From Octopus vulgaris (taxonomy: Eukaryota): a stretch of DNA of 64,000 nucleotides. The translations under genes and the position numbers were made by a program. Shown piece by piece: positions 42,464 through 53,895 of the stretch (position 1 is the first letter of the stretch; each line of letters starts with the position of its first letter). Under the pieces are notes generated by a model. It had not been told where the DNA came from. It saw only the letters and a program-made list of their open reading frames with translations, and searched no databases. Location: contig OX597834.1 of assembly GCA_951406725.2 (NCBI GenBank), positions 46,128,001-46,192,000 on the forward strand, written 5' to 3'.

Positions 42464-43117
42464 TACATATATATTTGTGTGTGTGTGTGTGTGTGTATTC
42501 ATGTATGAGTGTACAATTTATAGGAAAAATCCAAGGGAATAATTACAAGGTAGCTAAATGATGCTTAAGTGACCCAGGAAACAATGGTCATAATTGTGTG
42601 GGATTTGAGTCCGGCGAGACGCGAGACGTATTTAGGAGAAAATAGGAAAAATTCAAAAATGGAGAGAAATGCTTAAGATGCTATTAAATCATTCACGTCT
42701 TCATAATGATATCATGATAGAAATAATTTAATAACATTTTGAGTGTTTGTCTCGATTTTCAATTTTTCCTAAATAACTTATTTTGCTATTAGTATTTAGT
42801 CACGTGTCACTCATGTTTTATCGTTTAGCATTTATTTTTCTTGTCATTGGACTGCAGCCTAGGTAGGATGCTTCCTTAAAGACTTTAGTCGAACAAATCG
42901 ACATTAACATTGACAGATAGCAGGTACATGGCATGCAATAAGTGTTCAGAATAAACAAGCGTCTAAACACGGACATCATATACAGGGATGTAGACTCCCA
43001 GCCATTAGAGTTGGTTATTGCCAATGTAGTGATCGATCTGAGGAAGGCTTAATAGAAAAAATATGGACAGGTAGTAGCAAGGTGTCAAATGAAGTTATAA
43101 CATACTGAAGAAAGAAC

Positions 43118-43185
<68 letters not shown>

Positions 43186-43900
43186 TAGGCGCAGGCCGGT
43201 CCAAATGCGTGGAACCAATCAGCCACACGCCTTCAGTGAAGGGTAGAACTTAAGAACTATTTTTGAAATTATTGTCATATCTGTCAGGTACGTTCTTGCT
43301 TTGCTTACAGACCTCAGCTTGCGCATACAGCACCTGAAACAATGGCATAACCAAAATAGAAACATAATTAAGTTCCAATTTAAATTAAGAAGTTTCAGAT
43401 CTGAAGACAAAAGACAATACATTTGCGAATCTATGTTATCTTACATTTTGAAAATAATTTTGAATTCTTCATAATAAGAATCAGTCAGTTTCTTAGCAAA
43501 GAAAATTTAAGCCCTGTCTGGCTGGAATATAAATATTTAAATAGTAAAAACAGGAGACATTTATATATCCAACTTTACAAAAGTGTTGTATATATTTACC
43601 GTTATGCGTTTAGTATTTACTTACAATATATGTGAGAAATTCTCACTCTCATCACCTGAAAACACTGGCTTTTCGAAACCATTACTTAATCATTTAGTAA
43701 GAGAGCTAAGTGCACTAACAATTATCGGTAGAATATATCAATATTTAATATAGGTTAACGAAGTTGAAGCAATGTCAGTAAATTTTGGTAAATATTCTGT
43801 TTGTTAGAGAATTTGAAAGAAAGATTCTTCACAACCGCATCGAAGGAGCCTCTTTACCTGTAATCAGCTTTGCTTTTTCTGTATACACGCATAATTTTTT

Positions 43901-44106
43901 TTTTACTTGTTTCAGTCATTTGACTGCGGCCATGCTGGAGCACCACCTTTAGTCGAATCAAATTGACCCCAGGACTTATTCTTTGTAAGCCTAGTACTTA
44001 TTCTATCGGTCTCTTAGGCCGAACCGCTAAGTTTATGGGGACCTAAACACACCGACATCGGTTGTCAAGCAATGTTGGGGGAGGAACAAACACAGATATA
44101 CAACAT

Positions 44107-44141
<35 letters not shown>

Positions 44142-44298
44142 CATATATACGACAGGCTTCTTTCAGTTTCCGTCTACCAAATCCACTCATAAGGCTTTGG
44201 TCGGCCCGAGGCTATAGTAGACGACACTTGCCCAAGGTGCCACGCAGTGGGACTGAACCCGGAACCATGTGGTTGGTAAGCAAGCTACTTACCACACA
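43901..44298 (-). mobile_element. SINE family B
   Basis: Collinear with 21298-21733. Confidence 0.9.
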
Positions 44299-44669
44299 TC
44301 CATATATATATATAATCCTATCAAAGGGAAATTGAAATTAATTAAAATTTACATTTCCAGTGGCCTAACGTGTAAAAATTTAGTCCAAAAGACTATGTAT
44401 TAGTCATAAGATACAGTGTACATTTAAACACATAAGGAATCCACTCGTGGGATTCAACACGCTAGAAAGAACAGCTACATTATGGTAAAATATTTTTTTT
44501 TTCATTTCGTTCCTGGCGAACTTTATCCCTAATTTTGTGGTTATAGAACCTATATGTCTATAAGGACGAAATTAAGTATTTAAATACATGAAATGGCTTT
44601 TTTTTTTCTAGAAATTAATCTTTCAAAAATGATTGTGTCTCTTCATTTCTCAGATGTCCATTTATATGC

Positions 44670-44960
44670 TCCATCACTAATACACTAATATATTTAGCTG
44701 TGTTATTAATACAGTAACATATAAGCTTTATCATTGATATTATAATATATAATGTTTATCATTACTAAACGAATATATGTTTTATCATTATCATTCTAAT
44801 ATATGTATATATATTATAATATATAATGTTTATCATTAATAAACGATAACAAGCATTATCATAGATTTACTAATATACACGCTTCATCATTAATATACAA
44901 ATACATATAAACTTTATTATTAATCAACAAATATATAAGCTTTATCATTAATAAACGATC
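44670..44960 (+). repeat. Degenerate AT-rich minisatellite
   Basis: Recurring ATATAAGCTTTATCATTAAT. Confidence 0.65.
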
Positions 44961-44992
44961 AACACTACATCGTTACATTCTCTCTCTCTCCT

Positions 44993-45031
<39 letters not shown>

Positions 45032-45171
45032 CGTCCTTTCTCTCTATCCACTAACTTACTGGGGCTTGGTTCTTCTTTCAAATTAAAATCAATTGTTGTT
45101 ATAATTATCGATAAAATAATATGTTCGGTAAGTGAAGTAATTTAATATTTCGATGAATTCTATTGAAATTT

Positions 45172-45848
45172 AATGATTTTAATATTTCGACGTTTTGAAA
45201 ATTTTGAAAAAAAATTGCAAAAAAATAACTAACAATAAATTATTGTTCTATTATGATGTCATCTTAATTACATTTTCCTTTGTTTATGCTTTTTTCCAAA
45301 CAAGAAGGAAAATTGAAAGGAGAACTGAACAGTTTAGTAAATCATTGATTTTTATTGTCTTTTTTAACTGAGTTTTTTTATTATTATAAATATGACGTCA
45401 ATATCTTCCCATTACCAACAAGACTTCCTTCCCGACATATTGTGTTTTTATAAAACAAAACTGCAGAACGGTATTTTCACTTCCTTGGTTCTACATTGTT
45501 TTATCAGACATCAACTCCGGTCTTAGAGATTGCTTCTTGTAATAGAAACTAGCTTTGAAGTGTAACACTGCTGATGTGGTACTCTCTCGTTGCTTCGAGC
45601 TAAACGAAATCCACACCTGCCCCCAAACGACCATCAGTCCAAGCTCGCCCGAGTGCAAGGTCAAACCTAACAGACTTCGAATGGCATCTTCTATTTATTC
45701 CCGTCGATCTTTTCCCATTCCCGCTGAGTTTTCTTGTTTGGAAAAAAAGTATGAAACAAAGGAAAATGTAATTAAGATGACATCATAATTTTTTTTTTTT
45801 TGCAATTTTTTTTCAAAATTTTCAAAACGTCGAAATATTAAAATCATT
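45172..45848. mobile_element. Foldback/MITE-like element with about 120-bp inverted arms
   Basis: 45172-45306 and 45731-45848 are near-identical reverse complements, apart from a short extra segment in the left arm. No target-site duplication seen. Confidence 0.65.
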
Positions 45849-46245
45849 TGTGCGGATGCTAGTGGCTAAAGTTTTGATTTGCTAAACAACCCCGGCAATG
45901 AATATTATTATTGTAGTCCTGGTTTCTGCAGGACCAGTTCCACTCTCCTGTCCTCCGAACTTGAGTTGTTCTGGCACAAGTGCAATGAGCCGCCGAGTAG
46001 TTATCAAAGTTTAGGAGCTGTGTGAAGTTATCTCCCTTTAGACAAACAGTCATGAAGCTGAAGAGCCTTCTCTTGCCCAGGTCTGTCCCAGGATATGGGA
46101 GTGAGCTTCTTCCGGATGCAGTTCCGTGACCGGGTCCCTGAAAAGTGTTACCACTTTGAGTCAGAATAGACCTGGGAATAATAGTGGCAAAACCATGGAG
46201 CCCCGGAATCAGGGTCCCACTATCGGATGCAGTTTGAAGTCATAC

Positions 46246-46546
46246 CCCGAAAGGATGAAAGGCAAAGTAGACCTCGGCGGAATTTGAACTCAGAACGTAG
46301 CGGTAGACGAATACCTATTTCTTTACTACCCACAAGGGGCTAAACACAGAGAGGACAAACAAGGACAGACAAACGGATTAAGTTGATTACATCGACCCCA
46401 GTGCGTAACTGCTACTTATTCAATCAACCCCGAATGGAGGAAAGGCAAAGTCGACCTCGTCGGAATTTGAACTCAGAACGTAGCGACAGACGAAATACGG
46501 CAACGCATTTCGCCCGGCGTGCTAACGGTTCTGCCAGCTCGCCGCC
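46246..46546 (-). mobile_element. SINE family A, full copy plus tandem partial copy
   Basis: Reverse complement of the family A sequence; the central domain is present twice. Confidence 0.85.
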
Positions 46547-46582
46547 ATCGCCGCTTTATAATAATAAAGTTATGCAACCGTG

Positions 46583-46952
46583 TAGTGGACCGCTCGTTGA
46601 TTCATTCCAAATATCAGCTAAATGTTGTATAATTCACGTGTTTGGCCACTGTTGTGACTTAATGTAGGGAAATCTTCAGGTTACCAATATTAGCTAACCT
46701 TTATGTTTCCTTGGAAGCTGTCATATTTTCTAACCTTTAGCAACGTTTACTCTTAAAACTTCGTATAAACACAGGAGAATTGAAAATGGAATGTTTGAAA
46801 TGCAAATCGTTAGTTTGTGTCATAGAATAAACCTTCTTGTTGGAGGCCATTTATTGGATTTTCGTAAAAACACATCGGTAACACAGTTACACAAACAGAA
46901 AGCAAGAGATCTACACATGCAGAACGTGTTCAACACTGTATCTTCAATAATA
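46583..46952. repeat. Left arm of a diverged inverted repeat pair (partner 50682-51075)
   Basis: Collinear reverse-complement similarity along about 370 bp. Confidence 0.7.
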
Positions 46953-46983
46953 CGACACACTACAACTTAATCATAAACAACAT

Positions 46984-47580
46984 AGGCGCAGGCGTGGCTG
47001 TGTGGTAAGAAGCTTGGAACAATAACATCTAACCGTTGTGTAGGCGGCGAGGAGCTGGCAGAGACGTTAGCACGCCGGGCGAAATTGCTTACCGGTATTT
47101 CGTCTGCTGCTACGTTCTGAGTTCAAATTCCGCCGAGGTCGACTTTGGCTTTTATTCTTTCGGGGTCGATAAATTAAGTACCAGTTACTCACTGGGGTCG
47201 ATGTAATCGACTTAGATCCTTTGTCTGCGCTTGTTTGTCCCCTCTATGTTCAACCCCCTGTGGGCAATAAAGAAATAAGTAGCTTGCTTCTCAACCGCAT
47301 GGTTCTGGGTTCCGTCCCACCGCGTGTATGTGTGTGTGCGTCTGTTTATCTGCCTTTATCGTTCTGTCTTGGTGTTTGTCCCTCACTATCGCTTGACAAT
47401 CTGTGTTAGTATGATTCCGTTCCCTTAATCTAGCGGTTCGGCAAAACAGCCCAATAGAATAAGCACCAGACTTTAAAATAAAAAAAAAAGACTGAAATCG
47501 ATTGAATTGACTAAACAACATTCAAGGCGGTGTCCCAGCATGGCCGCAGCCTAAAGACTGAAGTACAAAAAAGTGTAAAA
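46984..47580 (+). mobile_element. SINE family B split by a family A insertion
   Basis: Head at 46984-47016 resumes at about 47287. Confidence 0.8.
47043..47275 (+). mobile_element. SINE family A nested inside a family B SINE
   Basis: Same sequence as 53896-54128. Flanked by TAAGAAGCTTG / TAAGTAGCTTG (47006-47016, 47276-47286). Confidence 0.9.
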
Positions 47581-47667
47581 CATGGATAAAAAAGCACCAA
47601 GATCACACATTAAAAGATGGATAAATCTACAGTTATATTCTTCTGTTTAACTAATGATCTTATAGTG

Positions 47668-47960
47668 AAGGCGAGTGGCTTAGTGGTTTGGGGTGTCGCG
47701 CTCACAATCTGGCAATCGTGGTTTCGATTCTCAGACCAGCTGTACGTTATGTTCTTGAGCAAAACACTTTATTTCATGTGGCTGCCGACCACCAAACTGT
47801 AAATGAGTTGCCCTGCGACAAACTAGCCTAGCGATCAGAGGAGATGTTGGCTTTCTTTCCTAGCCAGCGTGGTGGCGTCATCCGATAGCTAAAACAGTGC
47901 GAAGAGCATTGTGACCAGCGATGAATAACAACATCCGATACTCCGACCGATACCGTGATA
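47668..47960 (+). mobile_element. SINE with family C-like head and different tail
   Basis: TGGCTTAGTGG A-box, GTTTCGATTC B-box, TTCTTGAGCAAAACACTTTATTTCA. Confidence 0.7.
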
Positions 47961-48197
47961 TATATGTGTGTGTGTGTGTGTACATATATATTTATATGAA
48001 TTTAATTAGAGGAGATGTTAACCTCGTGCAGGGATAGTTGCATACAAGGAAAAACTGGTTCAATACCTAGTATTTTGGAGGAATGAAATTCCCTTAAAAC
48101 AATAGATATATATTAAGCATACAGCTTGTATCCATTTAAAAGAAGAAAAGAATATGAGATAAGGAAGTTGTAAGAAGATAACCAAATATTTTAATAA

Positions 48198-48264
<67 letters not shown>

Positions 48265-48533
48265 TTAATAAGGGTGAGAGAATTAGATACTAATTTAATA
48301 GTATATCTATTCAACACCAAGTGGCCTAGTGCTCCGAGAAACCTGGATTATTATAATATTTTATAATATATTATAATATTTTTACAAAATAAATATAAGA
48401 GAGTGGTCACTATATGGCTCAATCTAGCACCAGTTAATCCAAAAGGTTTCAACCACAAAAATACATGTTTCCCATGAAAGTCAGTACGATTGTTAGCTCA
48501 CACGGACAGGGCAAATAAAAAATAACAAAAATA

Positions 48534-48629
48534 CAGATTATTTTGGGACAATTGTTTCGCTATTAATGAATTAAATGTAATTTTACTTACAAAAAAATCC
48601 ACTTGTAGCTCGTCAGCCAAAACTATTTG
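48534..48629 (-). ncRNA. Type I minimal hammerhead ribozyme, second (inverted) copy
   Basis: Reverse complement of 49133-49228 with one substitution in outer stem I (48627). Confidence 0.85.
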
Positions 48630-49132
48630 GATGAAATCCACTCAATCACACGCCAATTCATTAATAGCGAAACAATTGTCCCAAAATAATCTGTATTTTT
48701 GTTATTTTTTATTTGCCCTGTCCGTGTGAGCTAACAATCGTACTGACTTTCATGGGAAACATGTATTTTTGTGGTTGAAACCTTTTGGATTAACTGGTGC
48801 TAGATTGAGCCATATAGTGACCACTCTCTTATATTTATTTTGTAAAAATATTATAATATATTATAAAATATTATAATAATCCAGGTTTCTCGGAGCACTA
48901 GGCCACTTGGTGTTGAATAGATATACTATTAAATTAGTATCTAATTCTCTCACCCTTATTAATTAATTATAATTATGCTACATTTATTTCTAAATGCAGT
49001 CTTTGTTTTCCGTGAAAGTTTGGCGCGCTGTTAGTTGGGGCATTTGAATTATAACGTCGGATGTAATCAATTGAACCACACGCGTATTTATCGTTATGGT
49101 AAAATCTGGCGTGTGATTGAGTGGATTTCATC

Positions 49133-49228
49133 CAGATAGTTTTGGCTGACGAGCTACAAGTGGATTTTTTTGTAAGTAAAATTACATTTAATTCATTAAT
49201 AGCGAAACAATTGTCCCAAAATAATCTG
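49133..49228 (+). ncRNA. Type I minimal hammerhead ribozyme (intact core)
   Basis: Stem I CAGATAGTTTTGG / CCAAAATAATCTG; CTGACGA 49146-49152; stem II GCTA / TAGC (49153-56, 49200-03); GAAA 49204-07; palindromic stem III CAATTG; GUC triplet 49213-49215. Confidence 0.85.
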
Positions 49229-49366
49229 TATTTTTGTTATTTTTTATTTGCCCTGTCCGTGTGAGCTAACAATCGTACTGACTTTCATGGGAAACATGTA
49301 TTTTTGTGGTTGAAACCTTTTGGATTAACTGGTGCTAGAGTGAGCCATATAGTGACCACTCTCTTA

Positions 49367-49420
<54 letters not shown>

Positions 49421-49440
49421 CATACATATATATATATATA

Positions 49441-49760
49441 TTCTTTTATTCTTTTACTTGTGTCAGTCGTTAGACTGTGGCCATGCTGGAGCATCGCCTT
49501 CAGTCGAGCAAATCGACCCCAGGACTTATTCTTTATAAGCCTAGTACTTATTCGATCAGTCTCTTTTGCCAAACTGCTAAGTTACGGGGACGTAAACACA
49601 CCAGCATCGGTTGTCAAGCGATGTGTCGAAATGATCCCAGAGCAACGTGAGATGAAGTGACTGATTTTTTCAAGGACACAACGCAACAGCCGCTCCAGGA
49701 ATTGAAACCACGATCTGCCGATCGAGAGTGCAACACGTTAGCCTCTAGCGCATGCGCCCT
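49441..49760 (-). mobile_element. Family B tail joined to a family C-type head
   Basis: Family B tail at 49441-49622, then GAGCAACGTGAGATGAAGTG...GGAATTGAAACCACGATC head. Confidence 0.7.
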
Positions 49761-49809
49761 GGGTGAACTTGGGTGTATGAATACTTTATCCCCAAAATCT
49801 CGCTAGAAG

Positions 49810-50060
49810 GAGGCGCGTGGCTTAGTGGTTCAGATGTTGGACTCATGATCATAAGATTGAGGTTTCGATTCCTGGACCGAGCGATGCCTCGTCTCCTTGA
49901 GCAAAACTCTTCATTTCACTTCAACGCTTCATTGTTCTCAGCTGGCAAAAATGAGTAATCCGGTAACGGACCGGTGCCCGTCAGGCGGAAAACATATACG
50001 CCATGAAAACGGGAAGCCGGCCCTTATGAGTCTTTATGACTCGAGAAGGTAACTTTATTG
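49810..50060 (+). mobile_element. SINE with family C-like head
   Basis: GGCGCGTGGCTTAGTGG...GTTTCGATTCC...CTTGAGCAAAAC. Confidence 0.7.
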
Positions 50061-50283
50061 TTTTTTTCTGTTTTAAGACTCTCGCTAGCGTTTCGCCAGA
50101 CTCATTGTCTTTATGTGAGTCGAGTCACTGGAGAAGTGGTTCATTATTCTCTAAACGTTTCCGTCCGAAGGATCCACAGGTTACTGTTCTTCGCTGTTAG
50201 TTAAATAGATAAATAGATTGTAAGAGTGAATCTGTCTCTTTTGCATCCCTGGTTATCTTTCAGCTTGTATCTTTTACCTTTCC

Positions 50284-50649
50284 CTTGTTTCAATCATTAG
50301 ACTGCGGCCATACTGGGGCACCGCCTCGAAGAATTGTTTTATTCGAACGAATCGATCACAGTAAATTTTTTAAAGCCTGGTATTTATTCTATTGGTCTCT
50401 TTCGCCGCACAGGTTAGGTACGGTGACGTAAACAAACCATCACCTGTTGCCAAACGCAAATACAAACACACACACACACACACAAAGGGCTTCTTTCAGC
50501 TTCCGTCTACCAAATCCACCACTCACAAAGCTTTGGTCTACTCGAGGTTATTGCAGAAGACATTTGCCCGAGGTGCTATGCCGCCTGATTGAACCCGGAA
50601 TCATGCGGTCGAGGAGAAAACTTTCAACCACTCCACCACGCCTGCACCT
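50284..50649 (-). mobile_element. SINE family B, diverged
   Basis: Collinear with other family B copies. Confidence 0.8.
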
Positions 50650-50681
50650 GTGTTGTTTGTAATTCCGATGTAGAGAATCTT

Positions 50682-51075
50682 ATTATTATTGAAGTTACAG
50701 CGTTTAAAACGTTCAAGATGAGTAAATCTCAGTTTTCTGTTTCTATTATCGCATAACCAACGTGTTTTTGCCAAAACTCGATAAATCACATCCAGGAAGA
50801 AGTTTTATTCGACGACAAACTCGCGAATTTACATTTCAAAAACAATTTTCGTGTCTCATGTGTTTATGGAACATTTTAAGGGTAAACATGGCAAAGGTTA
50901 GAAAATGTGACTGCTTTAGGGGAAATATAAATTTTAGCTAATACTGGTGACCCGAAGATTTCTCTACATTAAATTAGATCAATAGCCAAACACATGAGCG
51001 ATTTCCTTGCTTAATCGATACCGTTTGTTACCACATTTAGCTAGCATTTGGAGTGAATCAACGGGAGAGCCACTG
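50682..51075. repeat. Right arm of the diverged inverted repeat pair
   Basis: For example GGCAAAGGTTAGAAAATGTGACTGCTT vs AAGCTGTCATATTTTCTAACCTTTAGC. Confidence 0.7.
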
Positions 51076-51175
51076 CCCAGTCTAATTGTTTTATTATTGC
51101 TAGAATTAGCAGCCAAATCTCTACCTAATCATACCATACATCCTTAGGGACAAAGCTACAATCTATCTCTGTGTG

Positions 51176-51208
<33 letters not shown>

Positions 51209-51246
51209 GTATGTATATACAATATATATAGATATATCTGTATATA

Positions 51247-51360
51247 CCAATGATACTGAGGACAGACGGATTGTCTGACAAGAGAGACACCACCACTACA
51301 CGAAGACGGCGACGAGATGGAACGCTGATTTAGACAACCAGCATTTGTAATTCCATATAT
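51247..51360 (+). repeat. Near-identical dispersed repeat (second copy 55899-56012)
   Basis: About 115 bp with one substitution seen; both copies end in TA-rich repeats. Confidence 0.9.
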
Positions 51361-51398
51361 GTGTATGTATCTGTATATATATATATATATATATAGGT

Positions 51399-51722
51399 AA
51401 GGGGGTAAAGACCCCCTTCGGTCATGAGTGACCATGGGTTTGCACCTAGAGAGTTACCCTCTGAGGCACAAGTCTGGGCAAGGTTGTTTTATGGAAGACC
51501 AGTAGTCGCCCATGCATACCGGCCTCCCCTCTCCACGCCACCAGTGTTATCCAAGGGAAAGACAAAGGTCGATACAGCTTGGCACCTGTGACGTCGCAAC
51601 TCATTTCTACAGATGAGTGAACTGGAGCAACGTGAAATAAAGTGTCTTGCTCAAGAACACAACACGCAGCCCGGTCCGGGATTCGAGCTCACAACCTCAC
51701 GATCGTAAGCTCGACGCTCTAA
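51399..51722 (-). mobile_element. tRNA-derived SINE family C
   Basis: Minus head ...TTAGAGCGTCGAGCTTACGATCGTGAGGTTGTGAGCTCGAATCCC, then TGTTCTTGAGCAAGACACTTTATTTCACGTTGCTCCAG; terminal hairpin AAGGGGGT-AAAG-ACCCCCTT. Confidence 0.85.
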
Positions 51723-52634
51723 TCACATATATATATATATATATATATATGCATACAAACACATCACATGCATATATACATAAATATATATGTTTATATA
51801 TATAGCTACATATATGTACATATATACATAACCATGTATATATTTATGTATATAGATATACATACACATACACACATATACATACATGCATATATACATA
51901 ATCATGTAGATGTGTGTGTGTATGCATACATGTGCAACCAACATTCATTTGTGCGTGCGTATATCTATATATATAAATACATACATGCTTATATATATAC
52001 ACACACATACACAAACTTGTGTAATACAAACACATACACACTGACGCACATATTTGCATCTATTTACCTATGTAAACGACGGTGTATTGTGAACGGCTGT
52101 GGGTGTGAGTGAGTTTCTGCGCCCGCGTTTTCTGTGTAGCGTGTATGCATCTTTCATCTGTTCTCTCGAAATCACGTGATAATAAACTTAATTACAACAA
52201 TCTCCTCTTCTTTTCTTTTTTTTTTGTTTTGTTTTCTTCCATAATAAGGATGAAAGTAATGACTGCTGGCAGAAACTTGTTTGAAAAACTAAGACAATAA
52301 TCCAATATAAAAGAACAAACCTAAGAAGCGAGACAGAAACAATGATGACAAGAACAACAACCACGATTCAGAAAGGCGAAGCAGAAAAACAAATTGAATT
52401 TATTTAAAATTTGTAAATCATGAAGAGGTGAACAAGAGCTTAAATGGGTAATTAAGGAAAATTTGGAAAAGAAGCTACAACAGCACGGCCGTGTATGAAT
52501 AGAGATGTGGTTGCACTAATAAATTGTTGAACATCTAATTTAGAAAATAAGAAATAAGATCACTGGCATCAAAACTGTTGACACCTGCAGCGCTCAAGGT
52601 GTTGAGATGTGAGGAGACGCAAGGAACTGGGTGC

Positions 52635-52701
<67 letters not shown>

Positions 52702-52704
<3 letters not shown>

Positions 52705-53238
52705 GTTCTGATGTAGTACCAGGCAGTGGCTCTCATGGCTTCCGATCTTAACTGATTGGAAGTGTTATCATGTACATTGTTTTGTCTTGGTATAAAAGAT
52801 GGGCTACAGCAAATATTCTGCTCAATACCACAGATTTGCTTGTCAGTTGCTTGACCTTAACCAGTTGACCATGTCCCTTAGTGGCTGACGATATGTGCAT
52901 CTCTGATCACGAGCAGAAGTAGTGGGGGAGCATCATAGCTATGTGTTGAGAGGGATTCTTTGGGGTTTGGATAATTCACCTTTGGAAACATGGGCGTTTC
53001 GTTCAACATCCTTAAACAATCCTTATTCAGGGACCTTTTGAGAGGGATGGGTTACTCGACCAGAAGGAAATTCTAACAGGGCCCCAACTTGCAAGGTCAT
53101 GTGCTGTTTATCCTGATATGAGATCACTATGTCTCGCACACATGGCACCCTTATCAGACGTGTAATCATGATGGGTATATTGGGCTTCGTATATTTTACC
53201 CCAGTGTCACTTTGTTTGCATTCACTGCTCTCTCACTC
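52702..53238. mobile_element. Interspersed element of about 540 bp inserted in an (AAT)n repeat
   Basis: Bounded by (AAT)n on both sides. A homologous partial copy lies in opposite orientation at 7184-7530. Confidence 0.7.
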
Positions 53239-53895
53239 AATAATAATATTAATGATGATGATGATGATGTGTCTGAAATATGAAGGTACCAAAAGAAAAA
53301 CTACACACAGGGACAAAAGATGTAATAATATAACTTCGGGAAATGTAGCTAGCTATGAGGGCCAGTACCCAAAGAAATATATGTCCCCAACGTGGTATGT
53401 TACTTATTTTTATTCGAAACACTCTCTGTCCCAGATAGATGGGAATTAAAGTGAACTCCTCCCTTTTTAATGGGACACTTGAGTGTTTTTGTGCGAGTGA
53501 TTTCGATTGGAATATGACCGTAATGTCGCCGAACTTGGCAACGTAGCAGACAATGCTGACATCCTATCCATGTAGTCTTCAGGCACAGCTCGGTTTGGTC
53601 TGATGGTATTTTTTCTAGTATTCTTCTCATGGTCAGACAGCTGTACATGATTGTTCTTTTTCCTTTTTTTTTTCGGTTGCCTCTATCACGTTTTGAAGTA
53701 CATTTAGCGTGGCCTTTATTTTCTCCACGTCTTATAATAATCTCATCTTCCCTAATAATTTCAAACTTATTTGTAACTTTTGCGAAGGAAAAGTTATTTC
53801 TATTTGAACCGTGACTTTCTTTCTTTGAAATTTTACTGATTTGTATGGTGGTCGTAGTACATAGACTACTGTTAGTCATATTAGCACAATTTAAA

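Larger units (their letters stand above)
48256..49373 (+). mobile_element. Non-autonomous Penelope-type/retrozyme-like element: inverted copy plus partial tandem of a 535-bp monomer, inserted in (TA)n
   Basis: 48256-48572 is the reverse complement of 48655-48971. 49107-49373 is the reverse complement of 48389-48655. The direct-repeat offset is 535 bp (48656 vs 49191). It contains hammerhead motifs, encodes no protein within the monomer, and is flanked on both sides by (TA)n. Confidence 0.8.

Noticed and set aside
42600-42780. Hammerhead in the island with an imperfect inverted repeat (42629-42674 / 42741-42775)
   Set aside because: The inverted repeat is real but the GAAA segment cannot be found.
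45555-45788. Coding potential of the foldback core (plus 77-aa ORF; minus WTDGRLGAG resembling RNase H)
   Set aside because: The match is too short and is immediately followed by a stop; compatible with chance.
51256-51290. CTGAGGA followed by a CAGAC/GTCTG hairpin as a hammerhead
   Set aside because: No GAAA, stem III or stem I follows.
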